A stretch of DNA of 63,649 nucleotides, filler included, from Trichosphaerium sp. ATCC 40318 (taxonomy: Eukaryota > Protista > Tubulinea), in assembly GCA_038496445.1 (NCBI GenBank). It is 3 parts of 3 records of this genome, joined end to end, with 100 filler letters (N's around TTAATTAATTAA, not from the genome) between each part and the next. Parts side by side here need not be neighbours in the genome. Positions count along the whole stretch, not along the records: positions 17,293 to 44,382 come from JALMLS010000028.1; positions 44,483 to 63,649 come from JALMLS010000408.1; 1 more part is not named here. One strand, given 5' to 3'. The translations under genes and the position numbers were made by a program. The first letter of the stretch is position 1. Each line of letters starts with the position of its first letter. This document shows positions 36,085 through 49,114 of the stretch, piece by piece. Under the pieces are notes generated by a model. It ran no database searches, was not told the origin of the DNA, and saw only the letters and a list, made by a program, of their open reading frames with translations.

Positions 36085-38635
36085 CTAGGCACCTCCATCC
36101 TGATGATTTTCAGGCGGATTTATCAATGGTTTTGCTCCAGGCTTGACTTTAATAGGTGTGTCTGGATGATAAAAACTTATTGTGGCTGCTAAACTATCAA
36201 GATCGCCTTCCCACCAATATGGTACATGTACCAAATAAACACCTGAAAGTAATAACAATAAGTCATGGCTCAAAAAATGTTTTTACCATATTGCTTGCAT
36301 CTTCGTGACTTCTCTACATCTCTCCATGCAAACACGTTAGTTGGTTGTTCGTGTTTGAATAGATCGTAGTAATGGTGTTCACCTAAAGTGAGGTTAAGGA
36401 GAATGATAAAGTTGAGGAAAACTTGAACACATTTAAAAAAAAAGTTTACCTTGGTACTCAATCGCCAGGTTGTATTTAGGTACAAATATATCAAAGCTTA
36501 ACAAAATACCAGAGTTTCTATACCCTAACATATGTTCCTCTTCAATGCGTTCTCCAGGGAACAACATTTTTACACTGTAGACTAGAAGTCTAATAGTAAA
36601 GAATTAACAACAAGAGAAACGAAGAAACAAAGTAAACCAAAAAAACAAAGCACCTCTGAGCAGCTTTTTTAGAACGATAAGAAAAGTTCCTCCATTTCCA
36701 ATTAACACCAGGATATATTGTTTGAAGAACTTGAGGGAAGTAAGGTAAAATACCTTTACCGTTCAAGCTGGAAAATTGCTTAGCAGAGATACGATACCTT
36801 AAAGGGAAATCAGGCGTTGCAAAGAAAGAAGTTTTTCGGACCATTTACTAGGCTCGCTAATGTTATACACACGCTCCATATTTGTCAGGAAGCCTTTGAC
36901 ATTTATTCCATCCTGCCAATAACCCCTTGGTACTGTAAGACGACGTCTAGAGAAAGAATTAAAAAGACATTTTATAAAAGAAGTTTCGATGTTTGATGTT
37001 TAACATACTTAAACATGGATTCTCGCCAGTTATACGATGGATACAATGTCTTCAAGGTATCGAAGTAGGAGTTCTTATATCTAAAGGATCCTTAGACCAA
37101 TACTTGTTACGATAAAGCAAAAATAAAGAACATACTTTGATTTAACCAGATAAGAAATACCAAGAGAGACACTCTGTTCTGCACTTATATCACACCAAGC
37201 ATCGAATGTTTTAATACCAATATTCTGACCAACTTCATCAAGCATATCACGTTGATTTAATTGATTATCCCAATGATGAGAAGGTGCACGTCTGTTTTGT
37301 TGCCAAAAAATTAGCCAAAACAGCCGAGCCAAAAAAAACTCAAACAACGCACAAGAAATTACCTGGCACCCAAGCATGCTCAGGATATAGCGCATTTAGC
37401 ATCTCTACAACACCTCCTCTATATCTATAGACAATATATTTTTAAAAATACACTTAAAGATTGCTATAATGCCGTACTTGCGAAGAATACTTGCTAGACC
37501 TGCTTTCTGAAAATGTGGTACACCAGTACCATGCCAATCATCAAGAGTTTTAATATTCAGCTTCCACGCTGCCTTGTTCAGGAGTTTCCGTTGAGCTTGT
37601 ATAAAATAATCGGGAGCACTCTTAAGCTTAAATGATTGCCATCGTACTGAAGGGTATACAGCATTAAACAGAGATACCATCGAACGATTATGCCTAACGA
37701 TCGTTGAAGTGTTAGTTTTCGCGTTATTTTCTCACTTAGAAAACACGTGGTAGAACAATAAAATATTAAGAATATATACTTACTTTGCTAGTATTGCTGT
37801 ACCATTTGGTTGCTGCAAAATATCCTTTTTATCAACGAGATACCAATCACTAAGAATCTTAATATTCAAAGTCATACCAATTTCATCTAATCTCATTCTT
37901 AAATTATCAACTGACTCCCAATGACCCATCGGTGCACACCTATCAATACTTAAGCTCAAGAGCTTCTAAACTCATTAGTGTACCTAAATCGCCATACTTC
38001 CCATGGATAATCAGGAAAGAGCGAAGAGAGCATACGAGAGAGCGAATTATCATATCTAATTCGAACAATTAGTTGCATGAAAAAATCATCTTTTGACAAA
38101 GAACTCTTTCCTGTACACTAAAATCGAACCAAACCCGAACTCATGGACATCACTAGATACATGTGAATACCATCCATCAAGAGTTTTGATCCCAAGTTTC
38201 TTAGAAACACGCTGACACATCGCTTTTGATTCGTTCTGAGTTACACTAGAAAAATTTGGTTTGTCGTCTCTAGTGTAGCGTTAAAACATTCTATTGATCA
38301 CAGCAGGCTTCGACATACGCAAACCTGTATTGAAGCCAAAATGTGGATGGGTATAATTGCTGTAAAGTCGCTGAAAGCCCACCGTAGCTTAAAAGCTTGT
38401 CAGAGGATATAAGAGCGTACAGCGTTGATTTTACATTAACCATCGCAGATTTGGTGTACCTGTTAACAATACCAGCCATTTCTGGTTCTGAAGCCATACG
38501 CCTTTGATTTAGGGCGTACCAATCGTCTTTTACGAACACACGAAGAGCTGGCGCGAATGTCACATTAAAAAGTTTTCTATGTACTCTAATACGCGATGGT
38601 GGGTGGGCAGAACCCCTTATAGTAGCTGAACGCAT
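36085..38635 (-). CDS. Trp-rich helical-repeat protein with a C-terminal PD-(D/E)xK (DUF559/RAP-like) nuclease-fold domain
   Basis: Repeats of LxIKTLDDW..IL.KY..L..VYP..W..F..P..HW. Terminal spliced DIFVPKYNLAIEYQG|EHHY..RDVEKSRRCKQYG|VYLVHVPYWW. Confidence 0.75.
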
Positions 38636-38985
38636 AATGGTTTTTAAAACTGTTGATTGGCATGTTACAGTAGTACACACGTACTACAACACGCGTCGCA
38701 AGTGTAATGCGCAGTTTATTTACAATAATTAATGAGCTGCATGTCAAAACAGTCAAACGTAGTACTGAGGCGTCCTAAATTCACTTTAAAGCCGTAATAA
38801 AGCATATTCGATGTAGTGTTGATATGTCACGTTACAGTATGCCTGGTGACTCAAAAAGGCTATTACTGTGGTTGTAAAAATAACAACAAGGGAAAGCTGG
38901 AAATTCGCACGATTTTTCGCGTGTCAAAAAGTGGAGTACTATGCAAGCATAACTTCGAATAGGTTAAAGGACAAGGAATCAGTGA

Positions 38986-40053
38986 ATGAAAGACAACTAC
39001 TTAACACACAAAAAGTCAACATCGGACATTAGCAGATCATCAAAGCTACAACTCTCACGAATGGACGTACAACAACGTATCTCCGAGGGTTATACAGCAA
39101 ACGACGCTGGAATTACAGCAGAGCATCACGAATCTATTCTTGCTCTACCAGTCGAAAGCATAGTTCATATTCTCAAATGCGAGAGATTTACGCGTGCAGC
39201 CCAAACCTGTCGCTTATTACGAGATATCTATTATAAGCATGTAGGATACAGCCTTCTACGATTTTACAACGAAAACGAGATATTAGCACTATCAGGAAGC
39301 CCTTTGCTACAAAACACAAAGATGGATTTCTTTTACATGCATAATAGTGCTACCGACAGTCATATGGACTTACTTAAAGGTGTACATACTATAGATATCT
39401 CATGGTGTAAGGGAATTACAGATAACGGCATAGCAGCATTAAAAGGAGTTCATGAAATAAACTTGATGAGAACAAATGTCACAGATAAAGGTTTAGAGTC
39501 ATTGACTGGTGTTCATACCATTAACCTTTGTAAGTGTACTAGAATAACAGATAAAGGTATTAAAACGTTGGCTGGAGCGCGTACCATTAATTTATCGCAT
39601 ACAGCTGTTACAGATGAAGGTATAAAGTCATTACTTGGTGTACATAAACTAATATTGTACAATACAAAAGTCACTGACGAGGGTATCAAATCTTTAGCTG
39701 GTATACACACTATTTATTTATCAAAAACCGCTGTCACAGATGAAGGTATAAAGGCGTTAGCTGGTGTACATGAAATAAATTTATCAATCACAGAAGTTAC
39801 AGATGAAGGAATAAAGGCTTTGGCTGGTGTACACACAATTTATTTAGCAGATACAGCTGTTACGGATGAGGGTGTCAAGGCATTAGTTGGTGTACACAGT
39901 ATTGAAATAACTAATACAGAAGTTACAGATGAGGGTATCAAGGCGTTGGTTGGTTTACACACTCTCGATGTAGATTATTGTAGTGAGCTCAGTGACACAT
40001 ACATAGAAGTATTGAGATCACAAGGTGTTAAAGTCAATTATGTACACAACTGA
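38986..40053 (+). CDS. F-box-like plus 22-aa leucine-rich repeat protein (intronless)
   Basis: ILALPVESIVHIL..AAQTCRLL followed by about 10 repeats of VTDEGIKALAGVHTIxLxxTx. Confidence 0.9.
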   Translation: MKDNYLTHKKSTSDISRSSKLQLSRMDVQQRISEGYTANDAGITAEHHESILALPVESIVHILKCERFTRAAQTCRLLRDIYYKHVGYSLLRFYNENEILALSGSPLLQNTKMDFFYMHNSATDSHMDLLKGVHTIDISWCKGITDNGIAALKGVHEINLMRTNVTDKGLESLTGVHTINLCKCTRITDKGIKTLAGARTINLSHTAVTDEGIKSLLGVHKLILYNTKVTDEGIKSLAGIHTIYLSKTAVTDEGIKALAGVHEINLSITEVTDEGIKALAGVHTIYLADTAVTDEGVKALVGVHSIEITNTEVTDEGIKALVGLHTLDVDYCSELSDTYIEVLRSQGVKVNYVHN

Positions 40054-40288
40054 ATGAGATGTTTTCTTAACATCACACTAAGTATCAAGCGCATAATAAA
40101 CGAAGGTTGTTAGTGACAACAAAACATGTTATACAATTAAACTAAAATAATTTCTGTCTTTTTTTCTTTATTGTTGTTTTTTGATTACATGAGTTTGTTA
40201 TGGTGGCACGTGTGTCTACTGTTATTTGCATAACCTATGCTACACACTTTACGTTATATTTAGATTGATAAGGTTATTTTACAACAGT

Positions 40289-42151
40289 CTATGCAGTAAC
40301 CTTAAAAATATGATACTCCCAAGCATGCATATCAAGGTACAATCCATCATTTTCCAACTTTCCAACATTCCTAACATACTTTACATCGCTTGCCATATCA
40401 GAAAGAGTAAGATCAATCTCTGCTGTATCAAGAATAGTTTCATTCCTTAAATTGACATAACACTGTCCTTGAGTAGAACCATAATTAACACAAACAAGTA
40501 TAAAGATATTATCTAATGTCCACTGATAACAAATAAAATTATTCCAAGTATTATTACCGTCCCATGCTTGGCGACAATTAATAAGTTTCCATTGTCCGTT
40601 ATAAATAGCTTCCTCTTTTAAAATAGATAAAAGTTTATCATAAAAGTTTTCTACATGAAGCTCCGTACTCTCATCAACTCTTCTACCCACGTGCATGCTA
40701 ACAAAAGACTTTCTACCTTGAAACTGTCCTTCATGAAAGAATCTAAGGCCAGGTACTGTAAAAGCTAAAACAGCTGCAGCAGCGTGTTGTTTGACATCTG
40801 TAATCGTAGAAGCAACACGTGGTTCATCATGATTTTCTGAAGAAAAAAAATTAACAAAGCCGTTTTAACTCAAAGGGAGATGTTTGAATGTTAGGTTTTC
40901 TTTGATGGAGCTATATGACGTACCCAAAAATCTTATTGAATGCTTCATAAAATTTGGCGTTGCTGTTAAGTGACCTTTGAGACCTGATACTTCCCTCTCA
41001 ATAAGACGGTCATAGTACTTCTTATCGTAAGTGTAATCAAACCCTTGTTGTTGAAGGTCCCATTCCAAGTTCCAGTATACCTCCGCCATCATAGTAAATC
41101 CGTCTCTAATACCACAGTGTTGTATTACCCATACCCAAAATGAGCTATCGTTTGGCGTTGAACCATCAACAGGAACAGATTTATCACCCTAAGCAAAAAA
41201 AAGTGTTAGCAAAAGAAATCCACGGAGCGCGATTGGTATGTACCCATGTTCGTTGTATAATTCGAGGAAGAAGTAGCATAGCCATATCACATCGTAGACC
41301 ATCACACACTTTTGCAATATCCTTCAAAATGGCAAACATTTCATCACGCAGACCTTTGAAAAAAAAACAATGTCAGAAAAGTGTAAGTGGCTTTTAAGAT
41401 CGTCTCTGGGCGAAATCAATTTCCTTAACCTCACCTTGATGCCTGTAGTTAAGTTGTATGGTATCAGACCAACCATCAAAGTATGGATCACGACCATACG
41501 CGAATATCTTATCGTTTATTTTTGTGTAATTCTGTGGTTGCTCTTTGAGATCTTTCTCCGTGCCTTGAATCAAATATTCTGGGTGTTCTACTGTCCAAGG
41601 ATGATCCAAAGCAACGTGATTCTATCAACATATTAGTGCGATTCAAATTCATTGCAATTCTTTAGCAAAAGAAAAATATCACCACGTGTAGCAATGCATC
41701 ATTTAAAAAAACAGTAACATATTCTGAAAATATGGAGAAATTTTGCTCCAACCATTTTAAGATGACGTACAGGCACGAAATCGAGTATTAGACGGACACC
41801 TATTGTTTGTAGTCGCGCGTAAAGTCTTCCGAGAGCACCTTCATCGCCATAGCGCGAATCGAGTTTATATGACCAAATTGCAAACGGAGAACCAATAATA
41901 TCGCACTCCGTTACGTCTGGTAGTTCTTTTTTGTATTTTGACGGTTCTTTGCGGCTAATTGCTACGCTTTGTTTTCCTTTTTGCCAAACACCCAAAAACC
42001 ATACGTAATGGAAACCACGATGCTTTAGATCGTCAAAGAAGGAGTCTGGAATGTCATCAAGCGTTGATTTTTTATTTAGTTTCTTTGATAGCTCTTGCAA
42101 TAGAATTGCAGTATTTACTTGATACAACGAAGGGTTCTTAGGCGTAGCCAT
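40289..42151 (-). CDS. Glycoside hydrolase family 13 (alpha-amylase-like), multi-exon
   Basis: GSPFAIWSY, LILDFVP, DGLRCDMAM (nucleophile), MAEVYW (acid/base) and ENHDEPR (stabiliser). Confidence 0.9.
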
Positions 42152-42399
42152 TACGTTCAGAACAAAAATAAAAAAAAATCAGTAACTTAATCGTCGTCTA
42201 AGTCATCGTTGATAGTCCAGTTAGTCCGCTTGTTCGGATTTTTTGTTCTCCTTTGAATCGCTCTTTGAAGCCTAGTGAATTTCGTAAGCGCATGCACTAC
42301 AGTATAATGAAGTGAAAGCGATGTGTTTTGAGAGTCCTCAGCTGTTTAACCACAAAGTGGTTTTATCAGCAATAAACTTAAGTTGGGGTGACAGATATA

Positions 42400-44382
42400 T
42401 CTCATCATATAGACTATTGAAGGAGCTTTTGAGAGGTGAAAAATACGTACCGAGAATATATTCTCGTTTGTTTCGATCGCGTTGACTATGTTTCGCGTCA
42501 ATAGCGCCTGTGATAAGCGTGACGGCGTCACTTGGTATCGCAGTGGCCTGTAGAGGCTCTGTTCGTCATTATTTCCTGAAAATGAGTCAGACGAAGAAAA
42601 CTTTTGTTTAAATAACAGTTTTTATCGATTTAAAAGCTCAGGCTTATCGCATAAGTTGTCAACATAGAAAATTGAGTGTCCAAACAAACTCATCAAAGCA
42701 AAGAAAAGAATAATAGCGCTTTCTTGCTTGTTTCGTACATTGTAACGTGGTTTTTAAGCATTATTGCTTTACGTATTGTGGTTTTTGTGGCTTTGGACGC
42801 ATTGTGTTGCTTGTGACAGATATTTTTTATGGTTGCTTTAAGGCAGAACTCATTTAAGTGCACTTCAAAAAAAAAATCATACAAGGCGCAATGTACTTAC
42901 AAGACAAAATATATGGTATTGGTATAGTTTCATGCACTTGAAAGTACCACAAATAACACAACATAATAAATTCTTCTTTTAATAATTCGGCGTTATTGCT
43001 TCTGTACTTGCTTGCAATCGAGTAAGTAATGACCTCAATGACTTCAGGTGGAGTGTTTTTTGAAAAATTCAGCCCAATCCTATTGTACACGTGCATTAGC
43101 GCCAACAATAATGCACAGAGGTAATGCGTACTTTAAACTTAGCAGCCATTGCATTGTCTTTGCGCATATTAAGCAAGAAATTTATGTACGAATAAACAGC
43201 ACTATCATGAGCTGGATCTGCTTTGATTGATTGCAAGAAGTAATCCTAATAAATTTGGTGAGCACACAAAAGAAAGTGACAGGTATCTTTTTATGTACTT
43301 CTGCTGCATCGTAATCCTTAACATAGTCTAAGAGCAAGTTGGCGTACTACAAAAGAAAGTCAATACGTGACAGAAAACTAAAGCAAAGAGTCTAAAACGT
43401 ACTTGGTAGAGCGTATGAGTATCACTAGGATCAACAGCAATAGCTTTTTTAAGAAGATCTATTGCATTCAACACAACAGGATGTGTTGCATGATTCTCCT
43501 TCTGGCGATTTCCAAGCTTATATTGCTTCAAGAGTACATCAGCGTAATTACGTAGTGTAACTATAAACCAAGTTAGCAAACAATGACACAAAAAAGAAGA
43601 AAAAAACGAGAAATGAAAGCGTTGTTTCTTGTACGTTTGCTTGTAGGGTTAGCATTAAGTACTTCCTCCATTTGCTCCTGCGCTTTTTTGTAAAGCTCAA
43701 TAACAGCATTTGTGTTCTTATTATTCCCAGAACGTCTCAACAAAGCGTTTGCATGTAATTTTAAAATATATCCCTTTGCATGTGCAACAGAGTTCATGTG
43801 CTTTTCGACACCTCCAAGCTGCAAGAAATCTAAAAGCAGAAACAATCAATGGTAGATAAACAAAGAAATATGTAGAGAATGTAGTAACGGCATGTAGAAG
43901 TGTATGAGGTCCAAAAAAATTAGAGAAAAGCAGTCATCTTTTACAACTATTTGTAATATTTCACTTTTTTTTTCTTGTACCTGTTTGTTCGAAAGTATGA
44001 TATGCCAGATCACTTCCTTCTTCAAAACAAGTCCATACACCCTTTTTAAACTGCAACGAAACATGGTCAGTGTTTGTAAAAAATAAGGTAGACAAAAGAT
44101 AAAAAAAATAGTTTTTTCTGTGGATTTCTTTTAGTCTTCACTATTCTTCCACGTACAATTGCAAGCTTCCTTGGATCAATAGCAAATCCCATCAATTTTA
44201 TAACACGTTTCAACACGTGATGTTGCGCTCTTGAATAACCGCATATACGTGCATATAGCTTAGTTTTCTTCTTTAATACAGAACCACCAAAATAGCTTGA
44301 TAATTTTTCACTTATTATTGTGTTCCATTGACTGCATCTCCTTTTATCGAATGTACCAAATAATTTATTCATCTCATTAACC
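42400..44382 (-). CDS. 3' part of a multi-exon TPR-containing protein (possibly Clu-domain family), cut by the gap
   Basis: TPR-like exons AIDLLKKAIAVDPSDTHTLY and VIELYKKAQEQMEEVLNANP. Boundaries approximate. Confidence 0.5.
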
Positions 44383-44482
44383 NNNNNNNNNNNNNNNNNN
44401 NNNNNNNNNNNNNNNNNNNNNNNNNNTTAATTAATTAANNNNNNNNNNNNNNNNNNNNNNNNNNNNNNNNNNNNNNNNNNNN
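44383..44482. other. Assembly gap/linker
   Basis: N-run with TTAATTAATTAA. Confidence 0.98.
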
Positions 44483-47057
44483 AAAAGGTATTTGATCTTG
44501 TATGACTACTGTTTTTACCAAGTCCTCATTCAGTTAGCTAGTCCATCATATGTACTCAAGTATACATGACAATATCATTCACATTGTTTACAATGCTTAT
44601 TGATTAGTACCGCAGACGCTTTGGTGGATGACACAAAATATAGCAAAGCAACAGATCAAAAAAAAAAGATGAGAACAGAAGGCGTAATATAAGCCGTGGT
44701 AGATGAGGAGGTTTGTTGCTGTACCGGTCACACGGGGTATTCGAAAAGAACTCTAAGGCTTTTTGAACTGGCCAAAATAGATTCAAAAAATAGCATGTAG
44801 CTATTTTTAACTTTCCAAACCCTACGGAGTATGGCAAAACTACATATTTTTAAAGTAGTTATTTCACAAGTCAAACGTAGTTAGTACACAATCCTTCACG
44901 GACTGAAAAAAAACATAAACAAATCAAACTCCTCGGATGACGCAATTCTACTTTCCCTCATTGTCTTCATTGTATCCGTATCAACGAATGGTAAACCAAA
45001 CCCATAAAAAAACTCGTGTCACGTCGTTGTGTACAAATAAAATAAGCCTTTAGATTTAAAAAATTGTTTCTCTCAAGTGTTGTGACTATATGATCGTTAT
45101 AAATCATACTGAAGAACCGTTTTGTAGTTGGCAACGAGAATATTTCGAAACGGATGATGCCAAGCCACTACATACGTTTCTATCAGGGCATTCGATGTTG
45201 CAAAAAAAGTGTAACTGTGAACAAAGCAAGCTGTACTCAAGTTTGTGCTGAAGATATCAATGAAAAATCTCAATAGACTCCTTTCAACCTATAAGATTGC
45301 CTCAGTACACCTAGCAAGGACGAGTTGCAACTTCGACATCTAGTAAAGTTTGCAGTGCTGCCAAAAGCACATCACGTTCAGAACAAGATAGGCAGTTCAT
45401 CTGCAAAAAACTACAGCACTAACCCAATGGCAAGTTGCTCAAAGAACACGTGATGTCAACCTACCAACGCGACGCAATTATTGAAATACAATTTGGGCTA
45501 TGCCACACCCTACAGTTGCAGTGACGGCATTGTTGACCGTACTAATGTACTACAAAGTACAAGCCTGACTCTGTTCCATTCATTTCTCTGTAGCACCGTT
45601 TGGCTTATGCTTCCATTGCAGTTTATCCTTCTAATATTCTGATCACTTTGCCTGTTCACGTAACCTATTATTTACTTACGTTTTAGTTCTGCCAAGCCTG
45701 GCAGGCTACACGACAATCGTTGCTTTCTGCCTGAGTGTATCAAGTACTTGGTACACTATTTGCTATTATTTCTACTTGTTGGTATTTCGGTACTATGCCT
45801 AATAGGCGGAGTACTACTGCTCAGCCTAAAGTAGAATTTCTCCGTCTGTTTATCGCTCTTGTTAGCCTACAGCTGCATTCGAAAGGAGTATGTAGGCCAT
45901 CGAGTACACGTGCAAGTTACGAAAGTACGAGCGTTCATTCTATACCACGCACTGTTAGTACCTCATACTCCTCGCGAAGACAATACATTTGTGCGAGTAC
46001 AAAACTAAAAAATACACAAACACTTTTCTGCAAAAAGCATTTATTTTGCACCTAACTGCAAAATAGAAACAACACGAAACCTTCTTTGGTATTTCCTGAC
46101 ATTATAGACTGAAAACAAGTCGGTTTTTTGAAAACACAATTTGTTGAGTTGAGCTTTTTACCGTCACAATACTTACCATTGAACATTCTCCTGTCGTCAG
46201 GAGTTATATAACTTGTACAGAATTTCTACTTTCTTCAAGAACTTGCAAATATCGAAATGCGTGCAGCTTTGTTTACCCTGAGCGTAGGGCTAATAGGAAA
46301 TCGAGTATTTTCTGTATTAGTAATACAGAATAAACGAATAAAAGTCTGTTTGTTACGAAAAACACATTATCTCGTCATCAACGAACAAAAAAAAAGGTAA
46401 AGGCTAATTTTGATATTCTCTACGCGTAGCGAAATAAAATCTTCAACGACGGGATTCAATTGTGAATTGTCGCCACGTGGGAGGGTTAAAAGGAGTGTAA
46501 CTCCTATAAGTAGTACTTTTGATGATGTCGCTATAATGTAGAACGGTTTTTGACAGACGATATCGGTTTTTTTTAAACCGCCCCACATTTTGCGTGTAGC
46601 GATACGCCGTGAAGCATTATAGTATCATTCTAGTTCGGGTTCACTTGCTCCACAGCAGATTGTTTTGTCGTTAGTTCAAGTTTTCTGTTTTGTACCGTGC
46701 TGGAAACATACCAGCTAGCGCTAGTGTGAACCATAGCGGCAAGCCTAAACCCAACAGCACTTTTGGACAGGAATGTGTATTAAAATTTGTGCGGCCTACA
46801 AGGGCATACGCGTTGGGTGTGGGTGTTCCTCCACGCTATAACAGGCAAGTGATCGTGTCACAAACGGGATTTTGGGCGTACGAAGATTTTGGCCGCAAAT
46901 ATCTTTTTTTCGTTGGTTGGTTCGGAAAGGTTAGTAGGCCCCTAACTTTCAAATATGCAGGTGTGTATATGTCATATTAGAGTTCTACTTATCGTTTAAG
47001 GTAAACGAGAGACTCAGTATTGAATCGAGACTACCCGTTGATTCTATGTCCTTTAAA

Positions 47058-49114
47058 ATGGATCCTTACAATACCGTACAAACGCTACAACATGTTAACA
47101 GTACGAATTGACGTTCTAAATAGGTTTACGGAGACCCTTATGGTCATGTTGAGCCATCTTTTGAAGATTGTTTTTCATTGCCAGCGTACTCTCAAGTATC
47201 GCAACCTGAGATGATCCCAAATACCTATACTCCTCAGTATGAAACGTACGTCCCTTTTAGTTTGTAAAAGTTTGGTTTAATGGACAAATTAACCATACAA
47301 CTTTAAATTTCTTACGAGTTTGTTTTCTTACCCGTACGACACCATACGAAAGTATAACGTCATACAAAACGTATTATTTTTGTACTAATTTGTAAATTCA
47401 GCCCTTATGATCCTTATTACGAGCAACAACTCGCAAGAGCAAAGTATTACGAGCAATCTGTTGCACCTCCTACGTTCCTTACAAACTTCCCAAATTACTA
47501 TGACCACGGTGCAAGGCACCAGTCTATAATGTTCCCTCGTGTCAGCCCTTATCAGCACGCTCACATGTCTGGTTATCACAGAGCCCCTCAACAAACAGAC
47601 TTTGTGCAGTACCCTCCACAATACGTAAGAATTCAAACAATTTTTTTTTCTGTTTCTTTTTTTTCTCTCTTCGAAATTACCGTTTTTTTTTTGACCTTTT
47701 TCTGTACCTTAACAGAGTACTTCTCCATAAAAGTAAAGACTCGTTAAACGTTCAATTTGAGGCTTTCTACTTTAATGTTTTTGGTGCACAAATGCGTTAC
47801 CTTTTTGCCTTTTTTCGAAATGTTCGTCATTTTACCAAAAAACTTTCTCGTCACTTTTCTAATCTTGTGTTTATAGGCTTCTCGCGCTTATGTTACATTG
47901 CCCCCAGCGCCTTGTTCAATCTCTACGCACCCAGTAGCTTCACCTCCTGCTATTTGTCCTTCTTCGCCTTCTGAGCACTCACAAACTTCGCCTATGGTAT
48001 CGCCTAGGTCTTCTCCTCTGCGAGAGTCACCACCTAGCCCTAAAAAGCGCTCTGGTCCGATTCGTCGTGCCAAGAGCAGCAAAGTGCGCTCTACTCCTTA
48101 TACACGTAGACCACGTAAAACTAGAGCCAAGGTAGTGCTTTCCAAAGGCGCTGTGCAGTGCAAGGGTCGCAACAAGAAAAAGAACGAACGTTGCAGAAAC
48201 GCAGCTCTAATGGAGTTCATTGGTACGTTTTTTTTTCATTACAAACCAACTCGCAGTTTTTCTGTAGTAATATAGTAATACAATCTTTTTTTGTCTCTCT
48301 CTGGGGATTTTTTTTTTACGAGATTTACCTGACGGTTTTTGTCGCTCTTTTTGGATTTTTATTTTCGGTTTTAATTTTTTTTTTTTTCGTTTTTTCGAAA
48401 CTCTTTGTTATTGTTTTAGTTTACTTACTTGAAACTCTTTAGGACCTCGCCCACATTACTGTGCTGAACATATCGAACAAGATCCAGCGTGCTTATACAA
48501 AAAATGCTGCGCGTCATACCAAAAGATCAAAGGAGACGGCAAACGATGCAAAGAAGTCGTTTTGAAAGAGTTTGGCTTTTGTCATAAACACTTTCACGAA
48601 ATCTTCACCGCCAAATCTCCACAGGAGGAGTCCAAAGACTGTGCTACCATGCTTGGTCGTGTTACTGAACTCCGTACGTATTTTTTAAAAGAAGTCTATT
48701 TTTGCTTCAGCATCACGCCTTTTTTGTCTTAATTGCCGACTTACCTTTATGCTAGTAACTGATTTGGAAAATGAAGCAGCTGCTGCCAAGAAGTTTGACG
48801 CCGATTTATACCAGCGTAAACACAAGCTCATACCAAAGTTCCAGTCCATGAAGGAAACTTTACTCGAACGTACCAAGTGCTTGCAGGTCTCTAGCCCAAA
48901 CAGCTCTTGCACTGAACCACACTCGTCGGAGTCTGAATCCTGTACTGAAGAAGACAACTTCCTATTGTACAAATGCCAACAAGTACGTCACGCGCTTCCA
49001 AAAAAAAAACACCAATTCAATAGTTTTTTTATTATTTGAAAAAGTGTTTACGCCTTTCTTCATTGGCAAACATCTAATCCATTTCTTTAGAACATCATCA
49101 ACATGGGCGCATAA
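47058..49114 (+). CDS. Putative nuclear regulator: Pro/Tyr/Ser-rich N-terminus, basic NLS, two C-C-C-H zinc modules
   Basis: Spliced QCKGRNKKKNERCRNAALMEFIG|PRPHYCAEH..KKCCASYQKIKGDGKRCKEVVLKEFGFCHKH. Exons are bounded by GT-AG. Confidence 0.65.
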
